The notes below the pieces were generated by a model. The model did no database searches. It worked only from the letters and a program-made list of their open reading frames with translations, and was not told where the DNA came from. 64,000 nt of DNA from Trypanosoma brucei (taxonomy: Eukaryota). Positions within the stretch are counted from its first letter, which is position 1. Every line of letters starts with the position of its first letter. The stretch lies in NCBI GenBank assembly GCA_000002445.1, contig CM000208.1, positions 1,504,001 to 1,568,000 of the forward strand. Reading direction: 5' to 3'. The translations under genes were made by a program, and so were the position numbers. Of this stretch, positions 44,701 through 54,813 are shown in pieces.

Positions 44701-47700
44701 GCTGAGAAATCGAGCCCATACTGTATTGAAAAAAACCGTAGCGACCTCCCGAACTGCTAGTGTTGCGAATCGCTCTGCTGACGACTCCACCCCTCCAGCT
44801 GCATCGTCACCTTCTCCCTCCGTGCCATCCTGCAAGTGCTGCTCCAATACCTCAAGCATTGTCCTTCGTGAAATACTAAAGTCAGTCAATATTCCATGCA
44901 ACCGCGCCATCGTCACACTGTGGTATTGTTCAATGGTGCGTGCCATACTCTTGTCTGTGAGTTGGTCGCGTTCCATCGCCAATGTGCACTGGGAAATGAA
45001 CGCCTCGTAGTCTTCGCGAGAGGCGACTTCAACAAACTCCTTCATGGAGTCCTCTCCCGATCTGCCACAGAGCCATTCAAGTGTGCACTGTTTCACGGTT
45101 TGCTCGCCCACGCTGGAAGGCACAGTTCGACTGAAAAACTGCATCTGGTTCAAGTCACGCTTGTGAAGAATACATATGGCCTTCATACGACGCAGTATCT
45201 CCTGGTTCGCATCCGGAAATCGCAAGGAAGGACCCAACAAAGAAAACCTCAGCCGCCGGTTCAGAAGCTCGTGTAGACTTAGAATGAGTGTCATACAACT
45301 GGAAAGTGGAGAATGCTCCTTCACCTCCGACCACTGCCACATCAACAACGCAAAAGGACTGTAGTCGTTGTCGACGACATCAACCCAACGCAGAGCCAAA
45401 GATAATATGTCGTCTAACTGAGCCGCATCACGGAGTGTAAAACCACACACCACACGGAAAAGACGAACAAAGAGCCGAATAAAACCGCCTTTGCGCGGCC
45501 GCAGTCCCTGCGGCACGGCGTCCGACCCAGGGGCGCTACCTCCATTACCGCTACTACTACTAAAACTGTTATTCCACGTTCCAGTTGAGTTTAGAATGGC
45601 TCCGCTCGTCGTCAGCAGCTGCATTGTGCGCACCGCCAGAGCAGCATGCAACCAAACACCATCAGGTGCGGTGCGCAGCAACATCGAGTCACCAGAAAGA
45701 AATGAAACACCGTTTTGTAGCATCTCATCACGTCGGTATTCACTCCCCTCCGGGTAACCCTCGCAAAACTCAAGCTTCAACATTCCTTCATCGGTAAACA
45801 CAACGAGCTCCTCCTCCTCTGAGTAACCACGTTTGCGATGCGCGTCGGCTGGTCGTGTTGCATCACAGTTAATATACGCGGTCGTGGAGTAGAAGAGAAC
45901 GTCTTCAACGACAGAGAGAAATGCAGTGAAATTTGCTAACGCCAGTTGGCTGCCTAGACTTAGACAGCCGCCGGTATTATCATCCCGGCGATTTGTCAAA
46001 TAAGAAGTGTACTCCTTCACAACACCGAGTAGTACGGCATTCAAGAAGACGTTGGCACGTCGGCGGAAGAGATAAGTTATGAGTAATTCCAGCTCGGACG
46101 CACCGTAAGACTCCTGAATAAGCGCCTGAAATATAGTGCGAGAAAATATAAAAGCAGTTGTTGCCATAAAAAGTGACTGTTCACCCCTCCGTGCTTCAAG
46201 TGACTCGGCATCAGAGAGGTACAACTCTGCGATGCTCGCGTACCACCCTTGCACAGAAAGAATGCTCCTCCACGCTACTGAATCCTGCTGTACTAGAGTG
46301 GCAATATCTGTCATGACCTTCTCCTTCATCACCTTGTTGGGAGTTCTCTTCATCAGCAGCAAGAGTGGCGTCAGAACAGGAGCAAAACAAATTTTATCAT
46401 CGGCTGTTATCGTCACATCCTGCTGAAGGGAGACATCGAAGCGGCCAATGAGGGCGGCAAGTAGAGTTGTGTATAAGGAAACGTCCACAGCGCAATCGTT
46501 CAATTTATCGCGTAACCAGGAAAGAGAGATATCACGGGTGACGTGAACAGCCTCGCGTGATGCAAGTAGCGTCGGATTTAACAGTTCCTGTGTCTTCCGT
46601 GAGCGGCTTGCTAGCAAAATGAAGAACAGCACCACCTCATTCCGCACCTCCCGCGGCGAGTTGTTCAAAGCAGGCAAAAGATCTTTGACAAAGTTCCTCT
46701 TTCCCAAGAAGGAGGCTAGGTTAGGCTCCCTGTTTGCAACAAGAACACGTGTGCGCACAAGTATTTCTATAAGCACGTCCCGGTGTAAATCCTGCTTACG
46801 AAGCATCACGCTCACGAGACGTTGAATGGCATCTGCATCATTCATCGTGAGACCACCCTCCATAACAGCCTCCATCAGGAGGAAGAACCCCTCTCGCATC
46901 TCCCGATGATGCTCCGAGGTTCCATTGTACGTCTGCATTATTTGACCAACAACAAAGTGAGGCAGGTCCAAACCGCGCAGGTGACGTCGCGCCGGGGCGT
47001 TATTATGGCAAAGCAAATACTGCACTTGAAGTAACAACAGTTGTGTCGGCTCCGAGCAAACATGGAGGAGATCACCCGATAAAAACAGGGAATGATACGC
47101 CGCGTCGAATAGTGCCTCGTCGCTGACAAGTGCGACACAAATATCATACAAACGCCGTGGAAGCTCAGGACAGTCGTATACAGTAAACTGTTGTACAGCA
47201 TGCGAAATCATCGGAAACAAACCAACTTCCAACACATCAGCACGCACAATGTTACTAAGTAGAAGAGCCTCAACAAACTTCAGTAGCTCATTCATCGCCT
47301 TGCGCGTCGCTTCCGAAGCAGGCCTCCTGCGACCAGGAGGCACACGGCAGTAAAAGGGTAGTTGAGGGTTTACAAGAAGAACGAGTAGCGGAATCACAAC
47401 GGTTTGAAGTGCCCCAAGAACACATACCGAGTCCATGATACTTTTTGTATTACAAGCAACGGTTCCCTCGTACGTGATCAGGGGCCGTTCTGTAGGTTTT
47501 CCACGCAGTAAGGCGGCCAGATTGTGTAATTGTCCACGCTCTCCGAAGCGAGGGTCGACATAGACAGCAATACCAGAGAAAAAACCACGCCTTACGCTTT
47601 CACCACCCGACTTCTCTAAGAACAGCTCCAACACTGACTTTGGGGAGAGGGCACATGTGAAGAAATGCACAGCAGCCACTTGACCAACAAAATTGTTGCT

Positions 47701-50700
47701 AGATGTACGCTGCTCAATATCCTCGCCGCGCGTGCCAACGTGGAAAAACAAGCCTTGCAATTGGGGGTACCTTACGGATGGCTGGGCGCAAACCTCCACA
47801 CCGTTCACAAACACAACAAACTCACTTGCACTGAATGGGAACTTCGATTGACTATGCACAACCGTTAAGTGCGTCCAAACCAGCGCCGCCAGCTGGCAAC
47901 CAAGGTCTACCTCAGTAGCTTTGTTGTGTTCAACATCATAAGATACGGCCAACTGTCCATTACTTTTTACAACCAGTTCTAATATGGTACGTTTCTCAAT
48001 ACTCTGAAGAGAATAAATACATTGCCGAGTCCGTCGACCGCCATGAGTCTCCAACCTTATCCACAGGCACAAAGTGTATGCATCGAGGGGAAAATCTGAA
48101 AGAATGGCCTTGAGGCCAGTTGGTCCGTTGTGCTGACGAAACGCTATGTAATTCTGCTGCGTCGCCTGGCAATTTAGTATGTGACGAGAGGCGGCGCTCA
48201 GCACCTCAATCACAATGGGAACTAGAAATCGTCGTTCTTCCTCGCTCTTTGCGTGTGCAATGCTCATAAGAAACTGCTTTGTCTCCCGAACGGTGACGTG
48301 ATGACCAGCAATGGCCATGACGAGGGACAACACTGAATCAATAAGTGCAGTCCCTGCCACCACTGGGATAAGGGCAGTAAGCGAATCAAACACACCGGCA
48401 TTCGCCACCATCCACAGGGAACTCTGCGACACCATGACATCGGACGAAAGGCGCGTCACAAGACACTGCAGTGCGTCACGGTGATCCTCCTTAAATTCAG
48501 GTAGATCCAGGAAGAGTCTCAATAGAGGCAAAAGTAACTCAGGATTACGCACCGTTAACGTGCCCTCCTCCCCGCCCACAACTGAACGGCGACCATCCAA
48601 ACCATTATCAAACCCACAGGATGGCCCTACACTTCCAACCGCTGCACTAACATGAGCCTCATCATCCTCATACACGAGCAAAAGCATACACCGGATAAAC
48701 TGCAGCCACGATCCGTTATGCGATGTAAACCATGCGGTCTTGAATGACTCCACCAGTTGATCAGCGCCAATGGTGTGAATGAGAACGGCACGCAGTGGTG
48801 GATTCTCCTTAACAAGCATGACAACGGTGTTCATGATACACGAGAGACCGTAAGACGAATCAACAACACGCCACGGTGCGGCTGTCCGGTGGAACAGACG
48901 GAGAAAAGCATCCATTGCGTTTTCCTTACCACCACAGAGGGCGTTCTGCAACTGCCTCATTGACCCCCACTGAAAAATGTCAGATCGAAGCGCACTAAGA
49001 GAGGCCGACATGCAATTCAGCACTGACAAAAACATCTCTTCGTCTTCATTATCTGCCTCACACCCTGACTCCAAACGGGCACATTTATCAAGAGCATCCC
49101 AAGTACACTTAACTAACTGATCCATCCGCTGTGTATATTCTGCATCGGGACAACTGTGTGTGTAAAGTAAAAGAAGCATCCGCTTCGCATTCGGGCGTAT
49201 TTCCTTCACAGAGAGAAGTGAAAAAAAAATATCCACCTCGCCCATTAACACACTGCACTGAACATCCAATCTTTGCAAAAGCCGCAATAACAAATGCAGC
49301 ACTAGCATACTAATTCCATCGCCTGATAGCCTACCGGACGTGTAACATTCCCTCAACAAACCCACAAGTTTCGAAATACCACCACATCTGATGACGGCAG
49401 TTGCGACAGCATCACTATTTGTCCCACACAAAGAGGAATGGAATATCACACATAACTTTAGTAACACATCCGCCAATTCCTCCTGCCGCGCCACTACCCC
49501 TCCCCTGTTTTGCTTTTCGTTATCATCGCCGGCGCCCGCAGCCTCACCTTCCACTGACTCAGTGGGCTGTTCCCCAACTTTTATGCTGCAAAGTAAGTCG
49601 AGAATGAGGCCAACTTCATTCTCGATGGCTGCACCCCCATCACTGCTCTCTGCCTTGGGAGGAAGAGAGTTCAGCCTGTGGTGTAGTAAATACAATACTG
49701 CGTGCTGCAACCGCGGATCTTTCTGGAAAACCCCAAAGACTGGATTAAGAAAAACGACGCGGTAAAAATCCGCGTCTACTAACGATCCTGCGGTATTCAC
49801 CTGCCGCCGCTCTTGCACCGGGGTTTCCATCGGTGCCAGAGAGTTTATGGCGTATTTCATCAACGCATCATACAAACAAGAGGTGGGCGCAAGTGCGTCT
49901 CCGGAATGAAGAAGGGCCTCGAGGAGAGAGAATTCCATTTGCATAAAGTGGCGCGCTGCCTCGAGGTCACGATGCACCTCCGCCGTCCTTCTCACCTCCC
50001 GCTGTGTCTCCAGTAAACCGAGATAGCAATGTAAAAACTCGTCTACAACCGCGTTGTCTGCGAGTCGAGTAAAAGCGGGTCGTTTGAGGCTAACCACACA
50101 ACCGGAATCCAAATGCAAACCGTCGTTACCCGCATCAGCCAAGGTGCGTAGCTCGCGTGCACACTCCTGACCCGCAATGCGGCACCCATCACAGTGCACA
50201 CAATGATATCTAACACTTATTACTTGCAACAACCGCACCACGTTTGCAGAAAAATTCACAGAATTCATAGCCTTAACAACAAGCAACGGGGACTCTCGCA
50301 GCAATCTGGAAAGAAGCAACATGCTACACGAAGCTTGACGCAAGGTTTGCAGCTCTGAATCTCCGGTGCGCTCCACAGCCACAAAATGGGTTAACTCAGC
50401 GCCGATACTGATGAGCGAGTTCCGCACTACAAGCTCACTGGGGTTACGTAGAAGGCTAAGTACAACGAGCGGCAAGTTACAGAGAGCTTCAGATATCGTC
50501 CTCTCTTCTTCCCCTCCCCTTTCGACCGACCCAATAGCTACTTCCGAACAGTGTAAACAAAGTCGACTACACTCCAACAAGATACCATCACGTTTGGTGT
50601 GGGTTCTCAGTGTACTCCCACTGGTGCTTCCCTTTCTTTCTTCGGCTGGGCAAGAACGTTTATGCATCTCCGCGTACAAACTATCCGGCCGCAGACGCAC

Positions 50701-51537
50701 CCACCCCTTCGCTAACTGACTATTCGATATTCCGGTGGCATTGCCCATGTCAGAATAAACGCCCGCTTCACCGGGTGACGGCCGCTTCGAGGGTCCGCAA
50801 CGAACGTACACAACTTTTAAAACCCGCAAAGTGTCGCGCAAGATGGTCAACAATTCACGGTACCGTATTTCAGTTGCCCTCGGAGGTTCGCAGCTGTCAA
50901 AGCATGTTCTCGTAGCAGTAACAACGTCTTCATCACCCCCGCCTTCAGAGTATTCTAGGGGGATGTCATCTGATGGATCCAGGGGTGTGGACACGTTTCC
51001 TGCAGCGCTATCACTCACTTGATGCGAAACCGAACTTCCTCCCATCTTCTCGTCACTTAATGCTTGACGAAGAAACTGAAGGATGTGAAGCATATGCCTA
51101 TCAAACCCTAGCTCGAGCATAAGGAGCCCAACTTTGAGTGGGTTCACTAATAAAGCCGCCTCGAGAACCGGTATAGAGTCTCGTAAAAAATTAATCTTCG
51201 CCGTGTCACCAAGTTTGGTGCATGCATACTCCAAACGCTTCAACATTAGCGACAACATCTTCGCCGGAAGCTGCCTGCATGCGCCATTTGATTGAATCAA
51301 TCTCAGTACCGACAGTTCAAGGCCAGTATCCGATGACAGGGGGTATGGGAAGGATGACTTGGACCCGCTACTAACCAGCCGCTCCAACTCATCCTTCACC
51401 TCTGAGGCCGCAGAATGGTTTAGAAACACTCTGTACTCCGCCTCATGTTCATCTTTGCGTTTGGTATCCCTGCAGGGAGCCATACTTCTCCCCACGACAA
51501 ATGTGTCGAGGAACTTGAACATCCTCCAGTCAAACAC
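41797..51537 (-). CDS. BEACH-domain protein (neurobeachin/LYST family), 3246 aa, with C-terminal WD40 repeats
   Basis: BEACH core …FHETPRKEPLLMCRTNQWREHKISNFEYLLWLNFFGGRTVNDLTQYPVFPWVIADYKS…IFGYKQRGKEAI… at about 43000..43900. WD-like repeats at the C-terminus (about 41800..42900). Very long helical N-terminal region. Confidence 0.8.
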   Translation of the reverse strand: MFDWRMFKFLDTFVVGRSMAPCRDTKRKDEHEAEYRVFLNHSAASEVKDELERLVSSGSKSSFPYPLSSDTGLELSVLRLIQSNGACRQLPAKMLSLMLKRLEYACTKLGDTAKINFLRDSIPVLEAALLVNPLKVGLLMLELGFDRHMLHILQFLRQALSDEKMGGSSVSHQVSDSAAGNVSTPLDPSDDIPLEYSEGGGDEDVVTATRTCFDSCEPPRATEIRYRELLTILRDTLRVLKVVYVRCGPSKRPSPGEAGVYSDMGNATGISNSQLAKGWVRLRPDSLYAEMHKRSCPAEERKGSTSGSTLRTHTKRDGILLECSRLCLHCSEVAIGSVERGGEEERTISEALCNLPLVVLSLLRNPSELVVRNSLISIGAELTHFVAVERTGDSELQTLRQASCSMLLLSRLLRESPLLVVKAMNSVNFSANVVRLLQVISVRYHCVHCDGCRIAGQECARELRTLADAGNDGLHLDSGCVVSLKRPAFTRLADNAVVDEFLHCYLGLLETQREVRRTAEVHRDLEAARHFMQMEFSLLEALLHSGDALAPTSCLYDALMKYAINSLAPMETPVQERRQVNTAGSLVDADFYRVVFLNPVFGVFQKDPRLQHAVLYLLHHRLNSLPPKAESSDGGAAIENEVGLILDLLCSIKVGEQPTESVEGEAAGAGDDNEKQNRGGVVARQEELADVLLKLCVIFHSSLCGTNSDAVATAVIRCGGISKLVGLLRECYTSGRLSGDGISMLVLHLLLRLLQRLDVQCSVLMGEVDIFFSLLSVKEIRPNAKRMLLLLYTHSCPDAEYTQRMDQLVKCTWDALDKCARLESGCEADNEDEEMFLSVLNCMSASLSALRSDIFQWGSMRQLQNALCGGKENAMDAFLRLFHRTAAPWRVVDSSYGLSCIMNTVVMLVKENPPLRAVLIHTIGADQLVESFKTAWFTSHNGSWLQFIRCMLLLVYEDDEAHVSAAVGSVGPSCGFDNGLDGRRSVVGGEEGTLTVRNPELLLPLLRLFLDLPEFKEDHRDALQCLVTRLSSDVMVSQSSLWMVANAGVFDSLTALIPVVAGTALIDSVLSLVMAIAGHHVTVRETKQFLMSIAHAKSEEERRFLVPIVIEVLSAASRHILNCQATQQNYIAFRQHNGPTGLKAILSDFPLDAYTLCLWIRLETHGGRRTRQCIYSLQSIEKRTILELVVKSNGQLAVSYDVEHNKATEVDLGCQLAALVWTHLTVVHSQSKFPFSASEFVVFVNGVEVCAQPSVRYPQLQGLFFHVGTRGEDIEQRTSSNNFVGQVAAVHFFTCALSPKSVLELFLEKSGGESVRRGFFSGIAVYVDPRFGERGQLHNLAALLRGKPTERPLITYEGTVACNTKSIMDSVCVLGALQTVVIPLLVLLVNPQLPFYCRVPPGRRRPASEATRKAMNELLKFVEALLLSNIVRADVLEVGLFPMISHAVQQFTVYDCPELPRRLYDICVALVSDEALFDAAYHSLFLSGDLLHVCSEPTQLLLLQVQYLLCHNNAPARRHLRGLDLPHFVVGQIMQTYNGTSEHHREMREGFFLLMEAVMEGGLTMNDADAIQRLVSVMLRKQDLHRDVLIEILVRTRVLVANREPNLASFLGKRNFVKDLLPALNNSPREVRNEVVLFFILLASRSRKTQELLNPTLLASREAVHVTRDISLSWLRDKLNDCAVDVSLYTTLLAALIGRFDVSLQQDVTITADDKICFAPVLTPLLLLMKRTPNKVMKEKVMTDIATLVQQDSVAWRSILSVQGWYASIAELYLSDAESLEARRGEQSLFMATTAFIFSRTIFQALIQESYGASELELLITYLFRRRANVFLNAVLLGVVKEYTSYLTNRRDDNTGGCLSLGSQLALANFTAFLSVVEDVLFYSTTAYINCDATRPADAHRKRGYSEEEELVVFTDEGMLKLEFCEGYPEGSEYRRDEMLQNGVSFLSGDSMLLRTAPDGVWLHAALAVRTMQLLTTSGAILNSTGTWNNSFSSSSGNGGSAPGSDAVPQGLRPRKGGFIRLFVRLFRVVCGFTLRDAAQLDDILSLALRWVDVVDNDYSPFALLMWQWSEVKEHSPLSSCMTLILSLHELLNRRLRFSLLGPSLRFPDANQEILRRMKAICILHKRDLNQMQFFSRTVPSSVGEQTVKQCTLEWLCGRSGEDSMKEFVEVASREDYEAFISQCTLAMERDQLTDKSMARTIEQYHSVTMARLHGILTDFSISRRTMLEVLEQHLQDGTEGEGDDAAGGVESSAERFATLAVREVATVFFNTVWARFLSRCRGTIWDVGPGEQRNMKYVRLQDVEQKLLIRRKFEFDPCGTDHANITAAGAPVSDTKVFGKQLPRARGGEQMLLTSDSSVDCDEILDKQVSHEDTNSITGTNTAQTPKPIVHFSSSCEVPSMMHCWSAMLIIRDCELCVFFDDENKAYNQRVADEASSLVVKPRDIIYPTGHIAQLAPGRRFRMRRSAVEMWFRDGRSVLLNFASVKEMRTAVNRIRMSVERHKVPYHPFYLFHETPRKEPLLMCRTNQWREHKISNFEYLLWLNFFGGRTVNDLTQYPVFPWVIADYKSDRLDLEKSSTFRDLSLPIGICNGPQSREYVETRYEEMRQTGDVPAHYFTHYSSPAVVLYYMIRVEPFTTLQVILQDGHFDCADRMFHSLASCWNGVLTNSQDVRELIPELFYLPEMCVNTNGIRFGCRQDGRPTDSLELPPWAHGDPYEFVYRMREALESDYVSLNLHHWIDLIFGYKQRGKEAIAALNVFNWHSYEDLDRSQTDDVDERLLIDSLDNIGQTPIQLFTRPHVERRAMEYADPISCVLGMRAVDIRHLCTRVARVVVLDNDRVLVVCGNGAALLYRISVSPVMRRMQQLPSPAVTPTLTTPRVGPVADGNVKSHFSNQTPAPSVAAAVAHTSSYLLGIVSGAPAAPVPQGSVDGSGFRRPIVDVAEDFERRIPPLPPGMIPNIGQKAGGPCETGNVAVLLLDNEVFVALGGVFDNTIVIRNFLTTPAFQEERLHAHCGRVVLVAASADSRYLVSGAEDTTFIVWSCHFQRNRLKLRVDLMFTVYGHEDDPTAVSVCPILDVVATASRDGMLMLHSLANNRLERSLRHPAKLPIDRVLIQPNCYLPNILFTSTIDNVIHQISINGVLLRSVSAPGRITGWCTTPKQTVLVSTAPLTNTSASEDSRGILHFMHAFHLNVLKSVQCPLPATGDTISSCACHSSNPQAVVCGSTHGYLSLLCLGSKVDAPP

Positions 51538-52363
51538 TAAATGAAACTAAGACAGTCAGACTGTGCACCGACAACGAAACCACTAAATTTTTCCCGTACC
51601 TCTCCCTTTCTGGTACAGTTCCCCCTCCCACCGCGATATACGCAATAATACTTGTACTTGCTTACCTCCTACCTATGGTTTCTTTCACACCGCCTTCCCT
51701 TCTTCCACTCTCGCGAAGGTGCGTGTATGCTGCCTTTCCTTTATTATTATTATTATTTGTTCTTTCGCACTCCTTCTCGCTAAGTGTGTTTGAGCAAGGG
51801 TGACCACTCCGTCTCCAGTCACCTTAACCGCATACACAGAGCGCCTTTTGAAGCGGGCAAACAGAAGCCAAGAAAGTAAATTTGGAATAAAGGGAGGAAA
51901 ACTTAAAACATACTCGGGAACAAATCCGCAGGAAGCAGGGTGAAACAGTAGGAAACACAGAAAGGACAAAGAAAGTGTAACACATCAAAAGAAGGAGAAA
52001 CGCCGCCAACAAAGCAGAAACAACATAATTTTCCGCACGCGGAGAGGCGAGGAATAGCGCCAAAATAATGGCAGTGGCTAGTTGCCGCTCAACATGCCAC
52101 ACTTTGATGGCACAGTTCACAATAGTGAAGTTGAGACGTGCACGCAAAAAAATTACAAGCGACGGCACCAATCAGTGAGCGTCACTTTCTGCTCGCACCA
52201 GCACCCCCCCCCACCGCCAACCTTGTACCACGCGCATACACATAGTGAATACAACACAAAGTGGCACTTCCACATATGCGAATGAGAGCGCGGCTTCGAA
52301 GTAGTCACCGATGAAAAGAAAGAAAGAACAACCGCGAAGACTCCCATTCCCGAGATATTGGTG

Positions 52364-54559
52364 TCATTCACGTCGTTCCTGCGGTTGTTGCCGAATGGTG
52401 TCGGCCTCTGCCAACAGTTCATCCATGCGCGACCGCACAGGACCCATAATAGCGTTCCTTATTGAAGCGTGAGTAATAAATATCGTGAGCAATTCCTCCT
52501 GGTCGGCAAGCAATCGACGGGCACATTCCACAGCGGGTTCAACCGCACCGGGTGCTTTTCTCGCAATCCCAATCAGCGGGGATGATGCCGCAGTAAGTAT
52601 CGCCTGTGCAGCACGTTCCGTGCAGAGTTTGATCTCACTCTCTACATCTTTCTTGGACTCCCGCGACGACTGCACAATCTCCAACCGGCGCAAAGCGATT
52701 TTTGAAAGGTCAATTCCCTTCTCCACCACGATGATATTCTCGTCGATAAGCGAAAGCTCGTCACGGAGGTGAAGCAGATGCCTCAGTTGACACAGAATAC
52801 CCTTCAACGGGGCATGCTCGACAGCTTGCTGCCCAACCAACTTAGACAGCTCCTGCACTTGGAGTAGTGTGCAGTTGATGGCCTCCTCCGCAAACACGGA
52901 AAAAATAGGAAACTCCAGTGATGGATAGAGAAGTTGCAGAAGTGTTACGCAGTTCGTAAGTGCAGGAATGTACGTGTCACTCGCTGATGCTTCATGATTG
53001 AGGAACTGCTGTGCTGCATCTCTTGTCAAGGTGTACTGTGAAATAGAATGACGCAAGAAAACACTAGTGCGGAATACCAGTCGCTCCTGTGTATCCTGAA
53101 TCATTTTGGTAAGGAGGCCGCTCAACTCCGCTGAACTATACTGCTTAGCGCTCGCCCGCTGTATCTCTTCAATTGTCTGAGCCAATACCTCCAGGTCATC
53201 CACCTGCAGCAAATGTGAACGAAATACGTGGTACTCTTCCCCGGAAATGTCAGAGACGATTTGAGGAAAAAGGCGAGCACTGAAATCTTCACGAAGCCAA
53301 ACGCCGTCAAAAACCTCTTTCTCATGCTCCAAAGCAAGTTTCATCATCCCTACAAGATGACCGACGAACTGTGGGACGGTTTTGTTTCCCTCTTTAACGC
53401 TCCCGCCACTGGTTCCACACATCATTTCCAGCCAGTTTTTCAGCACAGGGCCAATGATAAGAACACGGGCATCACGATAAGTGTCAAAAATGTCATCATC
53501 ATTTGTCTCTTCAAACGGTTGACGGCCGCCGCCGTGCGCCTCCATCAAACGCCGTAAGGAAGCCTTCTCGTTCAGTCTGGCGCAGAAAACATTGTCAACG
53601 CTAGCAAGCATACCCGCCATCAAGTGATGTGCTGATGTCATATCACCGCCAAGTACCGCTTGAAGGAGCATCACAAGGGGGTTGCTGCCAGTATCCACAC
53701 TCGGAGTAACTGTTTCCTGTCCCTCCTGATGTCGTTGCTGATTGCCGTAGAAAATAGAACGATAGACATCAGCAGACAGGGTGCAATTTTGAGCGGTGCG
53801 TATGGAAAAAATAATGGCATCCTTTAAGCACTGATAAGCTTGTTGGTACGCCGCAGCAAGCTTCGTCGTGTACGCTTTCGTCGATAGGAACTGGGGGTGG
53901 CATGTGAGAAACTGCATCTCCTCTTCCATCTCTTGCAATATGCTGGAGTAACGTTGCGACGTCGCTGACAGGGTCTGTTGTTCTACCTCTCTCACTAAAG
54001 CATCAATATGCGAAAAGTGTTTGATCATGCGTTGAAGTTCCTCCTGCACCATCTCAAGCCGGGCTTTGCGCACCATTAATTCGGACGCGTTGCTGCTGAG
54101 TTTGTTGCTTTGTTCCTGCACAGCTACCGTCACACCTCGCATTGAATCCAAACAGTCAACCAAGCCCTTGAGGACTCTAAGGCACCGCTCCCCCATCTGC
54201 CTTCCGTGTCTCGCACGTTCCAGCCACTGCTGCAACCCTTCAACGGCAGTTTCGCACCCAGTTCTCGCAACAGCTCGCAGTACCGTCTCGGCAGCAATTT
54301 CGTCGCCTTCGTGCACGCTTCTTCTCACAGCATCACATCCCTTTGAAGCCGCCCCCATTGAAACCGACCGCCGTTGCGAAAGGGAAGGAAAAGAGCGCCC
54401 GCACCACGGATCGCCTTCCAATGGAACACCAGGCCCACCTGTCGCGTAGCTAATGGGCAAAGCGTGCTGGAATGACTTCGACAAAGGCGCTAGCGAAATG
54501 TCTAAAAGACGCGAGAACTCTGCATCAGTAAGCATCTCGGCGTCAAAAGAGGTGCACAT
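52364..54559 (-). CDS. Conserved hypothetical coiled-coil/helical-bundle protein (731 aa); possibly a vesicle-tethering (CATCHR/COG-like) subunit
   Basis: Long ORF on the unit strand. Predicted coiled-coil N-terminal third (…LEMVQEELQRMIKHFSHIDALVREVEQQ…), then helical bundles. I could not match a specific family by eye. Confidence 0.4.
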   Translation of the reverse strand: MCTSFDAEMLTDAEFSRLLDISLAPLSKSFQHALPISYATGGPGVPLEGDPWCGRSFPSLSQRRSVSMGAASKGCDAVRRSVHEGDEIAAETVLRAVARTGCETAVEGLQQWLERARHGRQMGERCLRVLKGLVDCLDSMRGVTVAVQEQSNKLSSNASELMVRKARLEMVQEELQRMIKHFSHIDALVREVEQQTLSATSQRYSSILQEMEEEMQFLTCHPQFLSTKAYTTKLAAAYQQAYQCLKDAIIFSIRTAQNCTLSADVYRSIFYGNQQRHQEGQETVTPSVDTGSNPLVMLLQAVLGGDMTSAHHLMAGMLASVDNVFCARLNEKASLRRLMEAHGGGRQPFEETNDDDIFDTYRDARVLIIGPVLKNWLEMMCGTSGGSVKEGNKTVPQFVGHLVGMMKLALEHEKEVFDGVWLREDFSARLFPQIVSDISGEEYHVFRSHLLQVDDLEVLAQTIEEIQRASAKQYSSAELSGLLTKMIQDTQERLVFRTSVFLRHSISQYTLTRDAAQQFLNHEASASDTYIPALTNCVTLLQLLYPSLEFPIFSVFAEEAINCTLLQVQELSKLVGQQAVEHAPLKGILCQLRHLLHLRDELSLIDENIIVVEKGIDLSKIALRRLEIVQSSRESKKDVESEIKLCTERAAQAILTAASSPLIGIARKAPGAVEPAVECARRLLADQEELLTIFITHASIRNAIMGPVRSRMDELLAEADTIRQQPQERRE

Positions 54560-54813
54560 GTGCGTATACCTACTAAGAAAAAAAAAAGATGGTATATGCA
54601 GAAAAGGTGTTCAAAAGGATGAGGAATGTCGACTGAGTCAAATTCTGGAAAAGAAATAGGAAATGCAGAAAGAACAACCGGAAAACAGTACCAAATGCTC
54701 ACGAGTTGGGAAAGAAAGTAGCCCCACACCATTTTTCCATGTGATGCCTCGACACAAATGAACTTTCCTCTCGATATCTTCAGCCTCGAAACACCTCTCA
54801 GAGACGGTCGGAA

